Notes under the pieces: generated by a model
What the model was told of the DNA's origin: nothing
The model's database searches: none
What the model saw: only the letters and a program-made list of their open reading frames with translations
Made by a program: the position numbers and the translations under genes
Assembly: GCA_963847445.1 (NCBI GenBank)
Contig: CAWJZV010000030.1
Span: 64,001-128,000, forward strand
Direction: 5' to 3'
Origin: an uncultured delta proteobacterium
GTDB taxonomy: Bacteria; Desulfobacterota; Binatia; UBA9968
Length of the DNA: 64,000 nucleotides
Shown here: in pieces, positions 11,504 to 22,611 of the stretch
Layout: each line of letters opens with the position of its first letter
How positions within the stretch are numbered: the first letter of the stretch is position 1

Positions 11504-12503
11504 ATGTCCATCAAAACCACTTTGTCCACACTAGTCAGTACTAATCACGGCAGTAGCTTCCATAGCCCGCAGGTCTCGGCTCAAGAAAGACTGCGCCTGG
11601 CTTGGGCCGGCTTCAGTCCGACCAATAGTCCCATCTGGGTCATGGAAGATCGAAAACTGCTGCAGAAACAGGGCGTCGACTCCGGAAATCATCGCGATCA
11701 ACGCCAGCCCCACTGTGCTCCAAGCCTTGCTCGCCGATGAAATCGATGCGGCCAGCGTCTCGGTGACGACCCTCACCAGTTCCCGCCTGCAAGGTGCGGA
11801 TACGGTCATGATCGTCGGCGTCGTGCCGACCTTTGTCGACCACATCATTTCGCGTCAAAGCATCACCAAGGTCGATCAATTGAAGGGCAAAGTCGGCGGC
11901 GTCAATCGTCTCGGCAGCACCTCCGACCTGGGTCTTGCGCCTGGCTCTGCGCAAACTCGGCGTCGATCCGGAGAAAGGATGTAAAGATTCTGCCCGTCGG
12001 CGGCAACCCGGAACGCTTCGCCGCGCTGTCGAAAGGCTTGACTCAGTTCACCATCATGCCGGAACCGTTTCTGACCCAGGCCGAGAAGCTCGGTTTTCGC
12101 AATCTTTACAATGTCACTGATCTTGAAAATCCCCTTCTGGTGGAACGGCATCCTGAGCCGCGAAGCGATCGTCAAGACCAAACGGCCGCTACTGCTCAAA
12201 CTCACCCGCGCCATGATCGAAGCGATCCATATCATCAAGACCGAAAAGGAGTACGCCAAGGCACTGTTTCAAAAAAATCTCGGCGTCGCCGATCCCGAAG
12301 GGCTGGAGCGCGCCTACATGGACTATTCCGCCGTCTTCCCCGAAGTCCCCTACCCCACTGCCGATGGCGTGAAGACCATGCTCGACGACCTCGCCCCGCG
12401 CAACCCGAAAGCCGGCGCGGCGGATGCCAAGACCTTTGTCGATATGAGCTTGGTCGCCGAGCTGGAGAAGTCGGGGTTTATCAAGCAGCTGTACAAGAAA
12501 TAG
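11504..12503 (+). CDS. ABC substrate-binding protein, NitT/TauT family, multiply frameshifted
   Basis: QLKGKVGGVNRLGSTSD; C-terminus PYPT..GVKT.L..NPKA..FVD.S.V.ELEKSGFIKQLY. Confidence 0.8.
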
Positions 12504-12515
12504 CGAGTTGGGGAA

Positions 12516-12587
12516 TTGGAGTAATGGAGTGATGGAGTGATGGTATTCCGCGCCAATACTCCATTACTCCATCGCTCCACTACTCCA
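12516..12587. repeat. Inverted array of 8-mers (TGGAGTRA)n / (TYACTCCA)n, family B
   Basis: ggagtaatggagtgatggagtgatgg followed by ccaatactccattactccatcgctccactactcca. Confidence 0.85.
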
Positions 12588-12679
12588 GTTTGCTTATAGC
12601 CCTCGCAGTTGAAATCCCTCGCCAGCCTGGGATAAGTGAAGCGAAGAACTTCACACAAAAAAGCTAGGAGGCACAAACG

Positions 12680-13515
12680 ATGGCGGAAATCATTCTAAAA
12701 GACGAACACGACATGCTGCGTCCCGGACTCGGACGGCTCAAAGGTAAAGTTGCGATTGTTACCGGCGCCAACAGCGGCATCGGCCGTGCCACTTCACGCC
12801 TGTTCGCTCGCGAGGGCGCAAAGGTCGTTTGCTGCGATATCCAAGAAACCATCTCGCCGCGCATTGATATTTTGATCAAAGAGAAAGAAGGCGGCGATGC
12901 GCTGTTCGTCCACTGCGATGTCACCAAGCAGGAAGATTTGGACCGGGCGGTCAAGAGCGCCGTCGACACCTTCGGCAAAGTGGACATACTCTACAACAAC
13001 GCCGGCGCCGGCATTCGCAAAAAAGTCCATGAACACACCGACGAGGAATGGAACTTTGTCGTGAATACCAACTTGAACGCCATGTACCGCGGCGCCACGC
13101 GCGGTGATGCCGACAGTTCATCAAACAAGGCAACGGCAACATGGTGACCACGGCGTCGACCTTCGGCCTGCTCGCCTCGGCGGAATATCCCGGCTACTGC
13201 GCCACCAAAGCGGCGATCATCAATCTGACCCGCGAAATGGCCATCGATTACGGCCCGCTGGGTATTCGCGTCAACTGCGTCTGTCCCGGCGCCATCGAGA
13301 CGCCGCGCTTCAGAGGCTTTCCGCCCCGACCGACGCTCGGTGAAGGCATGACCGACGAGCAAAGAAAGAGGATGGGCGCCAGCAACAAAGCGCTGCTACG
13401 CATGGGCCGCCCGGAAGAGATCGCCTACGGCGTGCTCTTCCTGGTTTCCGATGAAGCAACCTTCGTCACCGGCCATGCCCTGGTAGTCGACGGCGGTCAA
13501 ACCATCGCGGTGTAG
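12680..13515 (+). CDS. Classical SDR oxidoreductase, frameshifted
   Basis: TGANSGIG, NNAG, YCATK, IRVNCVCPG, VDGG. Confidence 0.9.
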
Positions 13516-13524
13516 GACGACAAA

Positions 13525-13600
13525 TTGGAGTGATGGAGTACTGGAGTGATTGGAGTGTTGATCGAATCCGAAGCCAATACTCCATCACTCCATTCTTTCC
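13525..13600. repeat. Family B inverted 8-mer array, second copy
   Basis: ttggagtgatggagtactggagtgattggagtg ... ccaatactccatcactcca, between convergent genes. Confidence 0.8.
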
Positions 13601-13635
13601 GGGCCGACGCTGTCGGCGTCATCAGCTTTTCCGTC

Positions 13636-14483
13636 TCAACGCGGTAGATCGAATCCGTCGCCGCGTAGGAGATACTCGCGGGCGAACACTGCGACAGCAA
13701 CGGCAAGATCATTGGCGGTGCGCTCCAGGTTCGCCTTTGCGCGCAGATCGCTACCCAGTTCCAACTGGATCGCGTCGATCTTCGTCCCTCGATGGCTGCC
13801 GTAAGTACGGGTCGTATAACCGCCGGTGTAGCGAGTCTCGCGATCCTTCCCGGCCGGATCCGGCAGAATCTTGTAACCGATCGAAGCGAGATGTCCCAAC
13901 ACGCTCTTGGGTCCGCTTACGGCCGCAGCGCCGAATCGTTTATTTAGTTGGACAACGCTCTTGCCATTATCCGTGCCGCGGTAGATCGCTTCCGCCAGCG
14001 TCCCCTGGGCATGAATGTCGAGCAACAAACCGCTGCCCCATTTCAGCCGAATCGCTGCCGCAGCGTCACCCATGGCGCGATGATAACCATCATAGAAGGG
14101 CTGGGCTTGCGGCGATTCATAAGCTGCAACAGCCGGTCCGGTTGGCGTCGACAAATTTGCGTTCGAACCGGGCGACCACGAGAAACGGCGTGGCGCCCAA
14201 TCGCTCGCGCAGCTTTTACCGCCAACATTTCAGCCAATTCCGCGGTGTTACTGTCGCGTTCGGCGGTGAATTGCGCCACGCCGACGCCGCGCCGCGGCGC
14301 GACACCGGGGATCGCCTCCCGGCCGCCATGAGGCGCGGCAAGAATGATTGGCAGAGAGCCGGCCCACAGGGTTAAGAGTTTATCGTTATCCGGAGGATTT
14401 GAGCGACGGCATTGAGCATGAATAAGTAGAGTACGCTGCGAATAGTAACCAGCGCAGCGATTGAACCTGGCTCTGTTGCACAT
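13636..14483 (-). CDS. N-formylglutamate amidohydrolase family protein, frameshifted
   Basis: PIILAAPHGG, D.NT.EL, D.NR, YH, LLLDIH, GGYTT..YG, DAIQLE. Confidence 0.75.
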
Positions 14484-14556
14484 TGCGACCTGTTACCGGC
14501 AAGTAAACTTCAACTCCTGTGCGACCGCTCCAAGTGCACGCGGAAACTACTTCGGC

Positions 14557-15270
14557 TCAGGCATCTTGGCGGAAAGTTTTTTCAAAAACTCCGGCGGAAA
14601 CGGCTCGGCTCTTGAGTTCGCGGGCGCGCTTGGCTTTGATCCACGCCTCCGAGTAACGCTCCTGGTCGTACAACGATATCGCCCACTCGCGCCAGCCCGA
14701 GGCAAATTTGGGATCGTTCTCCAAGCTCTCGGTGAAGCGGCTATTGGCCATGACGAAATGGTGCGCCCGCTCCAACTGTTTGTCGGCGCCAAGGCGCGAA
14801 GCATACTCCGAATGGACATTGCCGAGGTCGGCGAGCAATGCCGGCCTTTGCGTCGGATCGTCGATCAGTTCCCGCGCGGTCTCTAGCTGCTCGATCGCTT
14901 CCATCAATTTGCCGCGCTCGCTCAATACCGCGCCAAATCCCCAGAAGGCGCTGTAGTTTTTCGGATTGAGCAGCCAGGCATGATTGAAGCGCAGCATCGC
15001 CGCATCGAGCTGTTTGGCTCGCACCGCGCTCCAACCCTGGGAGGCGAAAGCACTGCTAGCGGCTTGGCGAGTTTTATAGCGCAGCGTGTTGTCGCGGATA
15101 AACGCTTCATCGGCTTGCTTCTGGCTCTCCGATCGGACTACTTTCGGCTGGCCGAACATCGGCAATGTGTCGGGATTGACGGGCGTTTGCGCCGCGGCGA
15201 CAACCGTGCTGCAATAGACCACGATGCCAAGCAAGAGCGCAACGGCTTTAAGACTGAACAACGTTCTCAT
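14557..15270 (-). CDS. Exported TPR-repeat protein
   Basis: Signal-like N-terminus; PMFG, AM.RFN.AWLLNP.NYSAFWGFG helical repeats. Confidence 0.7.
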   Translation of the reverse strand: MRTLFSLKAVALLLGIVVYCSTVVAAAQTPVNPDTLPMFGQPKVVRSESQKQADEAFIRDNTLRYKTRQAASSAFASQGWSAVRAKQLDAAMLRFNHAWLLNPKNYSAFWGFGAVLSERGKLMEAIEQLETARELIDDPTQRPALLADLGNVHSEYASRLGADKQLERAHHFVMANSRFTESLENDPKFASGWREWAISLYDQERYSEAWIKAKRARELKSRAVSAGVFEKTFRQDA

Positions 15271-15334
15271 TCAAACGACCGCCTTTTTGCTGACGCATAA
15301 TCACCGCTTTTTTCATTAGACGCAACAACTCGCC

Positions 15335-15364
15335 TTGACAGTTAAAAACATCTAAGGCTATTTT
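15335..15364 (+). promoter_or_regulatory. Putative sigma70 promoter
   Basis: TTGACA-18 nt-TATTTT about 30 nt upstream of the SDR start. Confidence 0.45.
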
Positions 15365-15394
15365 GACGGCAAAGCAAATTATTGGAGCGATTTT

Positions 15395-16165
15395 ATGATT
15401 CAAGGACTAAAAGACAAAGTGGTTATCGTCACCGGCGGCGGCCACGGCATCGGCCGGGCTTATTGTCACGGCTTCGCCGAAGCGGGGGCGAAGGTCATAG
15501 TCGCGGACATCGACGCGCCGGCGGCGGAAAAAGTCGCCGGCGAAGTGGTCCAGCAATTCGATGGCAAAGCGCTGGCGGCGAAAGTCGACGTCGCCAACGA
15601 GCAGTCGACGAAGGACATGGCTAAACTGACATTGGATAAATTCAGCCGTATCGACGTGCTGGTCAACAACGCGGCGATATTTTCGACGATCCCGATGAAC
15701 CGCGGCGGCATCGACACCATCGATCCGGCGGAGTGGGACCGCATGATGACGGTCAATCTCAAAGGGCTATTTTTTTGTTCTCGTGCCGTGCTGCCGGCCA
15801 TGCGCCAGCAAAAGTCGGGCAAGATCATCAATATCTCTTCCGGCACGGCGCTCAACGGCAGCGCCGGGCGGATTCACTACGTCACTTCCAAGGCTGGCGT
15901 CATCGGCTTCACCCGCACTCTGGCCCGCGAAGTCGGCGAAGATAACATCAATGTCAACGCCATCGCCCCCGGCTCGACCTTGTCTGAAGAGAATCCCACC
16001 GAAGAAGTTCTCAAAATGCGCGGCGCCCGCTTGTCCGATCGCGCGTTGAAGCGCGTGCAGCTGCCGAAGGATCTCGTCGGCACCATGCTGTTTCTCGCCT
16101 CGCCGCTGAGCGACTTCATGACCGGCCAGACCGTCGCCGTCGACGGCGGCGTATGTTTTCTATGA
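15395..16165 (+). CDS. SDR oxidoreductase (FabG-like)
   Basis: TGGGHGIG, NNAA, NISS, YVTSK, VNAIAPG, VDGG; intact. Confidence 0.92.
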   Translation: MIQGLKDKVVIVTGGGHGIGRAYCHGFAEAGAKVIVADIDAPAAEKVAGEVVQQFDGKALAAKVDVANEQSTKDMAKLTLDKFSRIDVLVNNAAIFSTIPMNRGGIDTIDPAEWDRMMTVNLKGLFFCSRAVLPAMRQQKSGKIINISSGTALNGSAGRIHYVTSKAGVIGFTRTLAREVGEDNINVNAIAPGSTLSEENPTEEVLKMRGARLSDRALKRVQLPKDLVGTMLFLASPLSDFMTGQTVAVDGGVCFL

Positions 16166-16228
16166 ATGGGAGTTAGACATTCAAGCGGAAAGAACACAGC
16201 TCGGCAGAGCCGCAAACGAAACTCGGAA

Positions 16229-16347
16229 TATCTCCCGCAAAGACGCCAAGGCCGCAAAGGTCGGAAAAAAATCGAACGAGATGGTTTGTGAAATTATCAA
16301 TCCTTCGATTCCGAACTTTGCGATACTTTGCGCCTTGGCGGGAGATA
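16229..16347. repeat. Long inverted repeat, family C (CGCAAAG arms)
   Basis: tatctcccgcaaagacgccaaggccgcaaaggtcgga ... tccgaactttgcgatactttgcgccttggcgggagata. Confidence 0.8.
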
Positions 16348-16383
16348 AACTCCCCTCATGTGCAGCTTTGAGGAGTTAGATCA

Positions 16384-17221
16384 ATGGCCGCTTATCAGCA
16401 CCGGACAATTGTCGTCGGCGACATCAAGACTCATTTCCTCGAAGCCGGCAGCGGTCCCGATCTGGTGTTACTTCATGGCGGCGAGTACGGCGCGTCGGCG
16501 GAGATAACCTGGCGCTACAACATCGACGCGCTGTCAAAGACTTTTCACGTTATCGCACCGGACACCCTCGGCTGGGGACAAACCGACAAACTTTACAGCT
16601 TTAGCGATCCGGCCGGCCTGCGCATCAAGCACCTCCAGCGTTTTCTCGAATCATTGGGCATCGGCAAGGCGTTCTTCGTCGGCAATTCCGCCGGCGGCGG
16701 TCTGATCTTGCGCGCCTCCGTGCGCCAACCCGGCGCCGCTGCAGATCCGCAAGATGGTCACCATCTGCGGCAACGCCAGCGTGTTCAAGACCAACTCCCA
16801 AGCCGACCTGGAAAACTACACGCCGTCGCTGGAGAACATGAAAAAGATCGTCGCGCTGCTCTATCACGACGCCAAATGGCAGAGCGACGACAACATTCGC
16901 GAGCGCTATGAAAGCTCGATCCTGCCCGGCGCCTGGGAAACGCTTTCAGCGGCGCGCTTGCGCAGCCCGGCGCATCAAGTGCGCTCGACAACGGATGAGT
17001 TCGTCAAGCAACTGTCGCAGCTGACCATCCCGCTGCTGCTCATGTCCTGCGAACATGATCCGCTCAACCAGCGCGATTGGGATGTCAATTTTCAAAAAAT
17101 CGTTGCCGGCTCCAAAGTTCATCGCTTCAAGCATTCGGCCCATGAACCGCAGATCGAAGAGACTGAAGAGTTTAACCGGGTGCTGACGGAATTTTTACTG
17201 AGCGAGGGTGAGGCATCATGA
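16384..17221 (+). CDS. Alpha/beta hydrolase (meta-cleavage product hydrolase-like), frameshifted
   Basis: VLLHGG, APD..GWG.TDK, nucleophile GNSAGG, HD, catalytic His in SAHEPQIE. Confidence 0.85.
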
Positions 17222-18222
17222 AGATCAGACGGATCCGGCGGATCGGACCCATCGGTCTGATCCTTTTGGCGAGCGTGCTGGCTTCGGCGAACGCCCACGC
17301 CCAGCTTACCCGCCTCAAGACTTCCTACAGCGCGCTGACCGCCAACATGGCGGCTTATTGGCTGGCCAAAGAAGCCAAGATCTTCGAGAAGCATGGGCTC
17401 AGCGTCGACGTCGTTTTGATCGAGAGCGGCGTCACCACGGTCCAGGCGCTCACCGCCGGAGAGACGCAAATCGCCATGGGCGGCGGCACCGTTGCAGTCA
17501 GTAGCAATCTGGCGGGCAGCGATATCGTGTCGATCTCGAGCATCGAAAGCCGCATGCCCTACGCGCTGCTGGCGCAAAAAGAAATAAAGACCATCGACCA
17601 GCTCAAAGGCAAACGCTTGGCGGTGTCCCGCTTTGGCAGCGCATCCGATCTGGCGGCGCGTTTGATCTTGCAGCGCTACGGATTGGCGCCCGACAAAGAT
17701 GTCACCATCCTGCAGACCGGCGGCACGAGCACGCGGCTATCGGCGTTGAGCAAGCGCAGCGTCGACTGCACCGTGTTGACGCCGGAATTTTTCAATATCG
17801 GCAAGAAAGCCGGTTTCACCATCCTCGTCGACCCGACCCAGTACGATATCCCCTTCCCGCAACTCGAAGTGATCACCACCCGCGCCTATCTGAAAGCCCA
17901 ACCCGAGGTGATCACCCGCTACATGCGCGCCATCGTCGAAGGTATCTACATGGTCAAACAAAACCCGGAGCCGTCGATCCGGGCGCTGAGTAAGTATCTG
18001 AAGATAGACGACCGCGAAGCGCTCGAAGAAGTCTACAAGCTCTACAAAGAACTATATCCCCAGATTCCCCATCCCTCGCCCGCGGCGATCCAAACCCAGC
18101 TCACCTGGATGGCGGAAAAAGATCCCCGCGCCAAGGCGGCCAAACCGGAACAGTTCATCGACGGCACGATCTTACGCGAGATCGAGAAGAGCGGTTTCGT
18201 GGCGAAGCTATATCAAAAGTAA
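17218..18222 (+). CDS. ABC substrate-binding protein, NitT/TauT family
   Basis: Intact; FEKHGLSVDVV, LKGKRLAVSRFGSASD, EIEKSGFVAKLY. Confidence 0.9.
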   Translation: MKIRRIRRIGPIGLILLASVLASANAHAQLTRLKTSYSALTANMAAYWLAKEAKIFEKHGLSVDVVLIESGVTTVQALTAGETQIAMGGGTVAVSSNLAGSDIVSISSIESRMPYALLAQKEIKTIDQLKGKRLAVSRFGSASDLAARLILQRYGLAPDKDVTILQTGGTSTRLSALSKRSVDCTVLTPEFFNIGKKAGFTILVDPTQYDIPFPQLEVITTRAYLKAQPEVITRYMRAIVEGIYMVKQNPEPSIRALSKYLKIDDREALEEVYKLYKELYPQIPHPSPAAIQTQLTWMAEKDPRAKAAKPEQFIDGTILREIEKSGFVAKLYQK

Positions 18223-18249
18223 CTACGTCTGTGGCAGGTCACGACTAAG

Positions 18250-19205
18250 TTACTTCACCTTGATGCCCAGCTCTCTCTGCACCTCGCGTAGAATTGACAG
18301 ATCCGCGACTTCACTCAGGGCGATTTCGCGATCGACTTTGGTCACCGACTTGGTGTCTTCGATGAGTCTGCGCAGTCCGTCTTCCGGCAGATTTCCGTCG
18401 TCGTTAAAGCCCTTCACAAGCGAGCCATACAGCGCCGTGGCGGTCTCTTTGTCGAGCCGGTAGGTGCTCATCAACACTTCGATGGTGCCATCGCGATTGG
18501 CTGCGCATGTAGCGGTTGGCTTTGATGCCGGCCCTGATCGCCCGGCGAATCTCATCCGGCCGCTCCTTGATCTTGCGGCTATGAGCGATCAGGCCGCTGA
18601 TCGGATAGCTAAATAGATCTTCGGCTCGCGCCAGGATGGTCAAACCCAACTTCCTGCTGCGGTAATCCCAAGGAACCGGCATCACCTGAGCATCGATCTG
18701 TCCCTGACTCATCCGCATCAGAGCGGTCTCGCCGCCGGGACTAGCGATAAACTTGAGGTCTTTGTCCGGGTCCATGCCAAAATGTTTTATTATCAAGCGA
18801 GCGACCAAATCAGGCGCGCTGCCCGGCGCTGCGCCAATGGTTTTGCCCTTGAGATCTTTGACGGTTTTTAGCTCCGGTCGGCTGAGCAAGACGAAATGCG
18901 CCACGGGCCGAAAGCAAGCCACGATCCTGGTCGGCAGCTGACCCTGAAGCATCGCCCGCATCGCCGAGCCAAAGCCCGTGTAGTAGTCAATGTCGCCGCT
19001 GGCCAATGCGACATTCGCCACCGGCCCGGTGATCGTGATGATCTCGGCATCGAAGCCCTCTTCGCGCAGGAAACCGCGCTTTTGCGCAGAGCGAAAGCGT
19101 GAAATGACCCGCATCGGCCGGCATGCCGATGCGAATCTTGTCCGCTGCTTGGGCAGTGGTCTGGAGTAGACAGATAATCAGTAGGCTACCAATTATCTCT
19201 CGCAT
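18250..19205 (-). CDS. ABC substrate-binding protein, NitT/TauT family, frameshifted
   Basis: ADKIRIG, RGFLREEG.DAEI, DLKGKTIG, VADLSILREVQRELG. Confidence 0.85.
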
Positions 19206-19215
19206 TTTTTGTTCC

Positions 19216-20451
19216 TTATCGTGCCGCGCTTTGGGTGAGCGGTTTTAAATAATTTTGCACAGCATATTGCCCGTTTTTCTTTCCCATCGCCGCACCGACT
19301 TCGCCAGAGGTGCGATAGTGCACACCGTCATAAACCCGTGCATTGACGACTTCGGTGACATAGTCGGACAACTTGGAAAATTTACGCGTCACTCCCGGTG
19401 CGGTCGTGCTGGTCATGGTAAACGTCGGCACCGCGTCGCCGAAAAAGGCTTCGAGCACGCTACCTGCACTACCTTGAGAGATGCAATGAGCACAGGGATA
19501 TTCCGGATGCATCGGCGTTGCAATAATCGGTTCCCAAGTCGGATCGCGCTCGGTGGCGTTATTGCCATCCATATCTGCGTTACGGATAGCCGTCACCGGG
19601 CGCCAGAAATTGTAGGCATATTTGGCATCGAAGATCGCAATACCTGCATCGGCCGTTGCCATGGAGAAAAGCGCAAACAAGCGCGCGTTATCCAAGACAT
19701 CAAGCCCTTTAGCCGCCGAAAGCTGGCGTACCACGGGGTTGTACGTCGCCGGTCCGGTCAAAGCCCAGAAGCGCGCGATATCCGTCTGCTCCGCCGTGCG
19801 TGCCGATCCGGTCTTTGCTCCGATTTTTTTTACTTCGTTGAAATCTTTGGCCCACTGCGCGCTTTTGAGCGAGTAAGGGGCTGGCGGCCGCAACTGATTG
19901 CCAGACTTAAGTGAAAAAGGTCTCACCGCGCTAGCACTTGAGTTAATTGGGAAGACGGTCGGAACGTACTTGCCGGCAACCGTGAATGGCCGATAGGTGT
20001 TAGGTGCGTCCGAGCCATCGTCGCGCCGATCGCCGACGATCGCCGCGCCCGCCATTTGGCCGAGCTGCACACCTTGTGTCTTGGAGGTTCCATCCGGCAC
20101 GGCAGTAAGTGACGCTTGGAGCGCCTTATCCAGTTCCGCGGTTTGATCGGGATACACTTTGACCAAAACGGTATGGGCGGCGCTGGCGGCCGCGGCCTCG
20201 CGGGACGCGCCGGGCTCCGCCGATAAGCGGGCTCGATATGGAGTATAACGAGGCTCGATTGAGTTGACCGCCTCGAACATCGCCAAATGAACCATGGTAA
20301 TGGCTCTAGCCGTTGGGGAATTGCCGACGCGCGCCTTATCGCCGGCGACAACCGCTCTTTCGTTCCAGTCGGCAATGACATCGGCGCGTGCTGATCCGGC
20401 CAACCCAGCAAACAGAAACACGGCTAGAATGCTACTGGTTAAGTTTCTCAT
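19216..20451 (-). CDS. Vanadium-dependent haloperoxidase / PAP2-superfamily exported protein
   Basis: Signal peptide then DVIADWN; KYAYNFWRP, HPEYPCAH, RVYDGVHY; RBS aggagg before ATG 20451. Confidence 0.85.
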   Translation of the reverse strand: MRNLTSSILAVFLFAGLAGSARADVIADWNERAVVAGDKARVGNSPTARAITMVHLAMFEAVNSIEPRYTPYRARLSAEPGASREAAAASAAHTVLVKVYPDQTAELDKALQASLTAVPDGTSKTQGVQLGQMAGAAIVGDRRDDGSDAPNTYRPFTVAGKYVPTVFPINSSASAVRPFSLKSGNQLRPPAPYSLKSAQWAKDFNEVKKIGAKTGSARTAEQTDIARFWALTGPATYNPVVRQLSAAKGLDVLDNARLFALFSMATADAGIAIFDAKYAYNFWRPVTAIRNADMDGNNATERDPTWEPIIATPMHPEYPCAHCISQGSAGSVLEAFFGDAVPTFTMTSTTAPGVTRKFSKLSDYVTEVVNARVYDGVHYRTSGEVGAAMGKKNGQYAVQNYLKPLTQSAAR

Positions 20452-20525
20452 GGTTTCCTCCTGACAAAATGTTAGGGATTTATTGGCGGAGAGCATCGAC
20501 GGGCGGCACTTTGTTCGCGACCTTC

Positions 20526-20571
20526 GAGCCCGGCGCGCGGCGCAGTTGCGACCTCGCCGCGCGCTGGGCTC
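20526..20571 (-). other. GC-rich stem-loop between cupredoxin and haloperoxidase genes
   Basis: gagcccggcgcgcggcg ... cgccgcgcgctgggctc, 17-bp stem with one mismatch; no U-tract. Confidence 0.5.
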
Positions 20572-20582
20572 TGCCACACAGC

Positions 20583-21123
20583 TTATTTTCCCGGTAGCAC
20601 TTTCACGAAACCGAACATTTCAAACCCCCCTGTCGGGGGAGTAAAATGATTTTTGCGCGCACAGATTACGAGGTAGGTGCCGGGCTTTGAGAACTGTACT
20701 ACTTCAACGCCGTCGCGCCGACCAGTAAAGCATGGCCCCCGGTAAATTCGATCATTAGAGTCACTGAGAACCCCACCGGCCGTCGTAGCACAAGTAGTAG
20801 CCGGCTCTGTGTTGGTCAAATTGATGTCCTCAGGCTGGGTTCCGTCATCGTAGATGGCTACGACGTGGCCACCGCTAATGTTGAAACTGACCGAGCCGCC
20901 TTGCTTTATGGTCGTGATCATGAGGATAGCAGTCTCGTGATTATTGCCCACGCCCCCACCTGGGTCACCAAGTATGCGGTCCAGCGGCGGATCCGCTTTC
21001 CCACTGTCCAAAGCTTACCGTTGCATTCGCCATCGGACCATCAATGGCCATCGCCGAGGAAGCAATCATAGCGACTCCACAGAAGGTCAAAATACTTATT
21101 AGCGAAATTATCGAACGTTGCAT
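20583..21123 (-). CDS. Exported cupredoxin-like (blue copper) protein, frameshifted
   Basis: Signal peptide MQRSIISL..; GGH, F.KPGTYLVIC..H..M.GFV gives a His/Cys/His/Met ligand set. Confidence 0.65.
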
Positions 21124-21332
21124 TTGTTTCTCCTCTGGTTTTTCAAAATCATAGAAGTAATCGTCCGTAACGAACCCCGTGGCGCACGCCGTTCGCCCCC
21201 TGAAGGCCCACGGACAACCTTCGGGGGGCAACTTGCAAGCAGCTCGGCATACCTCCGTGCTGCGTTTCTCTGCAGAATCGAATTTCTGCATTCGTTGGCT
21301 ACCTTCCAACGACCGCAGTCGCTGACCAGCTA

Positions 21333-22265
21333 CTAGCGACGGGCTGGCCTTCGCGCCAGAATCTGTTGCAGGCTGCTTTCCAGTTCGCGCGCGGTCACGA
21401 GTCCTTCGAACTTGGCGCGGATGATTCCATCCCTATCGACGACAAATACCCATGGCTCGGTATCGAGGCGCCATTCTTCCACGGTAGAGAACATTTTTTT
21501 CGTGGCAAAGTCCTGCCAGATCTCCTGGTGCGTGAATGCGACACTTTTTCCGTAGGCGGGATACAAAGAACGGACGATATCGACTACCGGGCCGCACATG
21601 CGGCTGGTGCAGAATTGCGGCGTAGCAAAGACGATCAACTGCGGCTTGCGCTGGGCGATCGCGTCGGCGATGCGCACTTGATGCAAACGAATGTCGGGCT
21701 TCTGGCTGGTATCGATCTCACGAAGATTCTTGACGTCGCTGGCGATCAGATTGCGGCTGCGCGGCGCAACACTACCGATCGCCGGAGTAGCCGGCGCCTC
21801 GAGCACATCCACGGCGAATCGTACAGTCTCGACCGTTCCCTTGGTCGCCTGGGCGAGCAGCTCGATGCCCCAAGTACCGGCCCGGAAAAACTCAAAGACA
21901 CGACGTAAAGTCCGCGTACCCCGGCTTCTTCGCCGTGGACATGTTGCGTGCCATCTTGGTGGCGATGGACGGAAGGCTGTTGTTTTAGATTTCGCACGGC
22001 GTGGTACGGCGCCCGGAGTTCCGCAGTCAAAGTCGCCTGTTCGCCGTCCACGGCAAATAGCCGCAGCGTGACGTCAGCACCATCGATGAGCTTATTGCCC
22101 TTCACAAGTCCAAATGCGAATCGATTTGAACCGACGACCAACTCACTCGTCGTAATCAGTGGCCGAAGTTCGTCATCAGCCGAAGCGACGGCGCGACCCA
22201 GGCCGACGAGCGTTCACAATGAAAAAAGTGAAAGCAATAAAACAAATGCCAGCTGATCGCTTCAT
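21333..22265 (-). CDS. Exported protein with C-terminal thioredoxin-like domain, frameshifted
   Basis: VVG.NRFAFGL, FATP.FCTSRMCGP, W.L..EPWVFVVD.DG.I..KFEG. Confidence 0.65.
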
Positions 22266-22611
22266 TCGCTCGCCTCCCAACGCTAGGTAAATGTGCAGAC
22301 GAACTAGAGCTGGCCACGCACTCTAAGCTGACAAAAAAATAAACAAACGTGGGCTCTCAGTTAGCTGGACACGGATATGTAGGTAAAATTTTTGAAGGGA
22401 GCAAAACCGAGGCCAAAAATGGCAACATGATCAATTTTAGTTGAGGTGCGTAATCATAGTGAAATTTGTCATTGGCAAATCACCGCGCGATATCGCATGC
22501 GGCAGCTCTGTGTAATTTTGGATACAGAGGGTGTATCAAAAATTTCCAACCGACGAGCGAACACCACCTTCGCTTTAGTCAGGTGGATTGGAAGCGCCAC
22601 CGCCGTTGGAA

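Noticed and set aside
12516-13600. CRISPR array
   Set aside because: Units are 8 nt, inverted, without unique spacers; no cas genes
22270-22610. AT-rich spacer as a possible leader peptide or small gene
   Set aside because: No convincing ORF, RBS or motif in any frame I read
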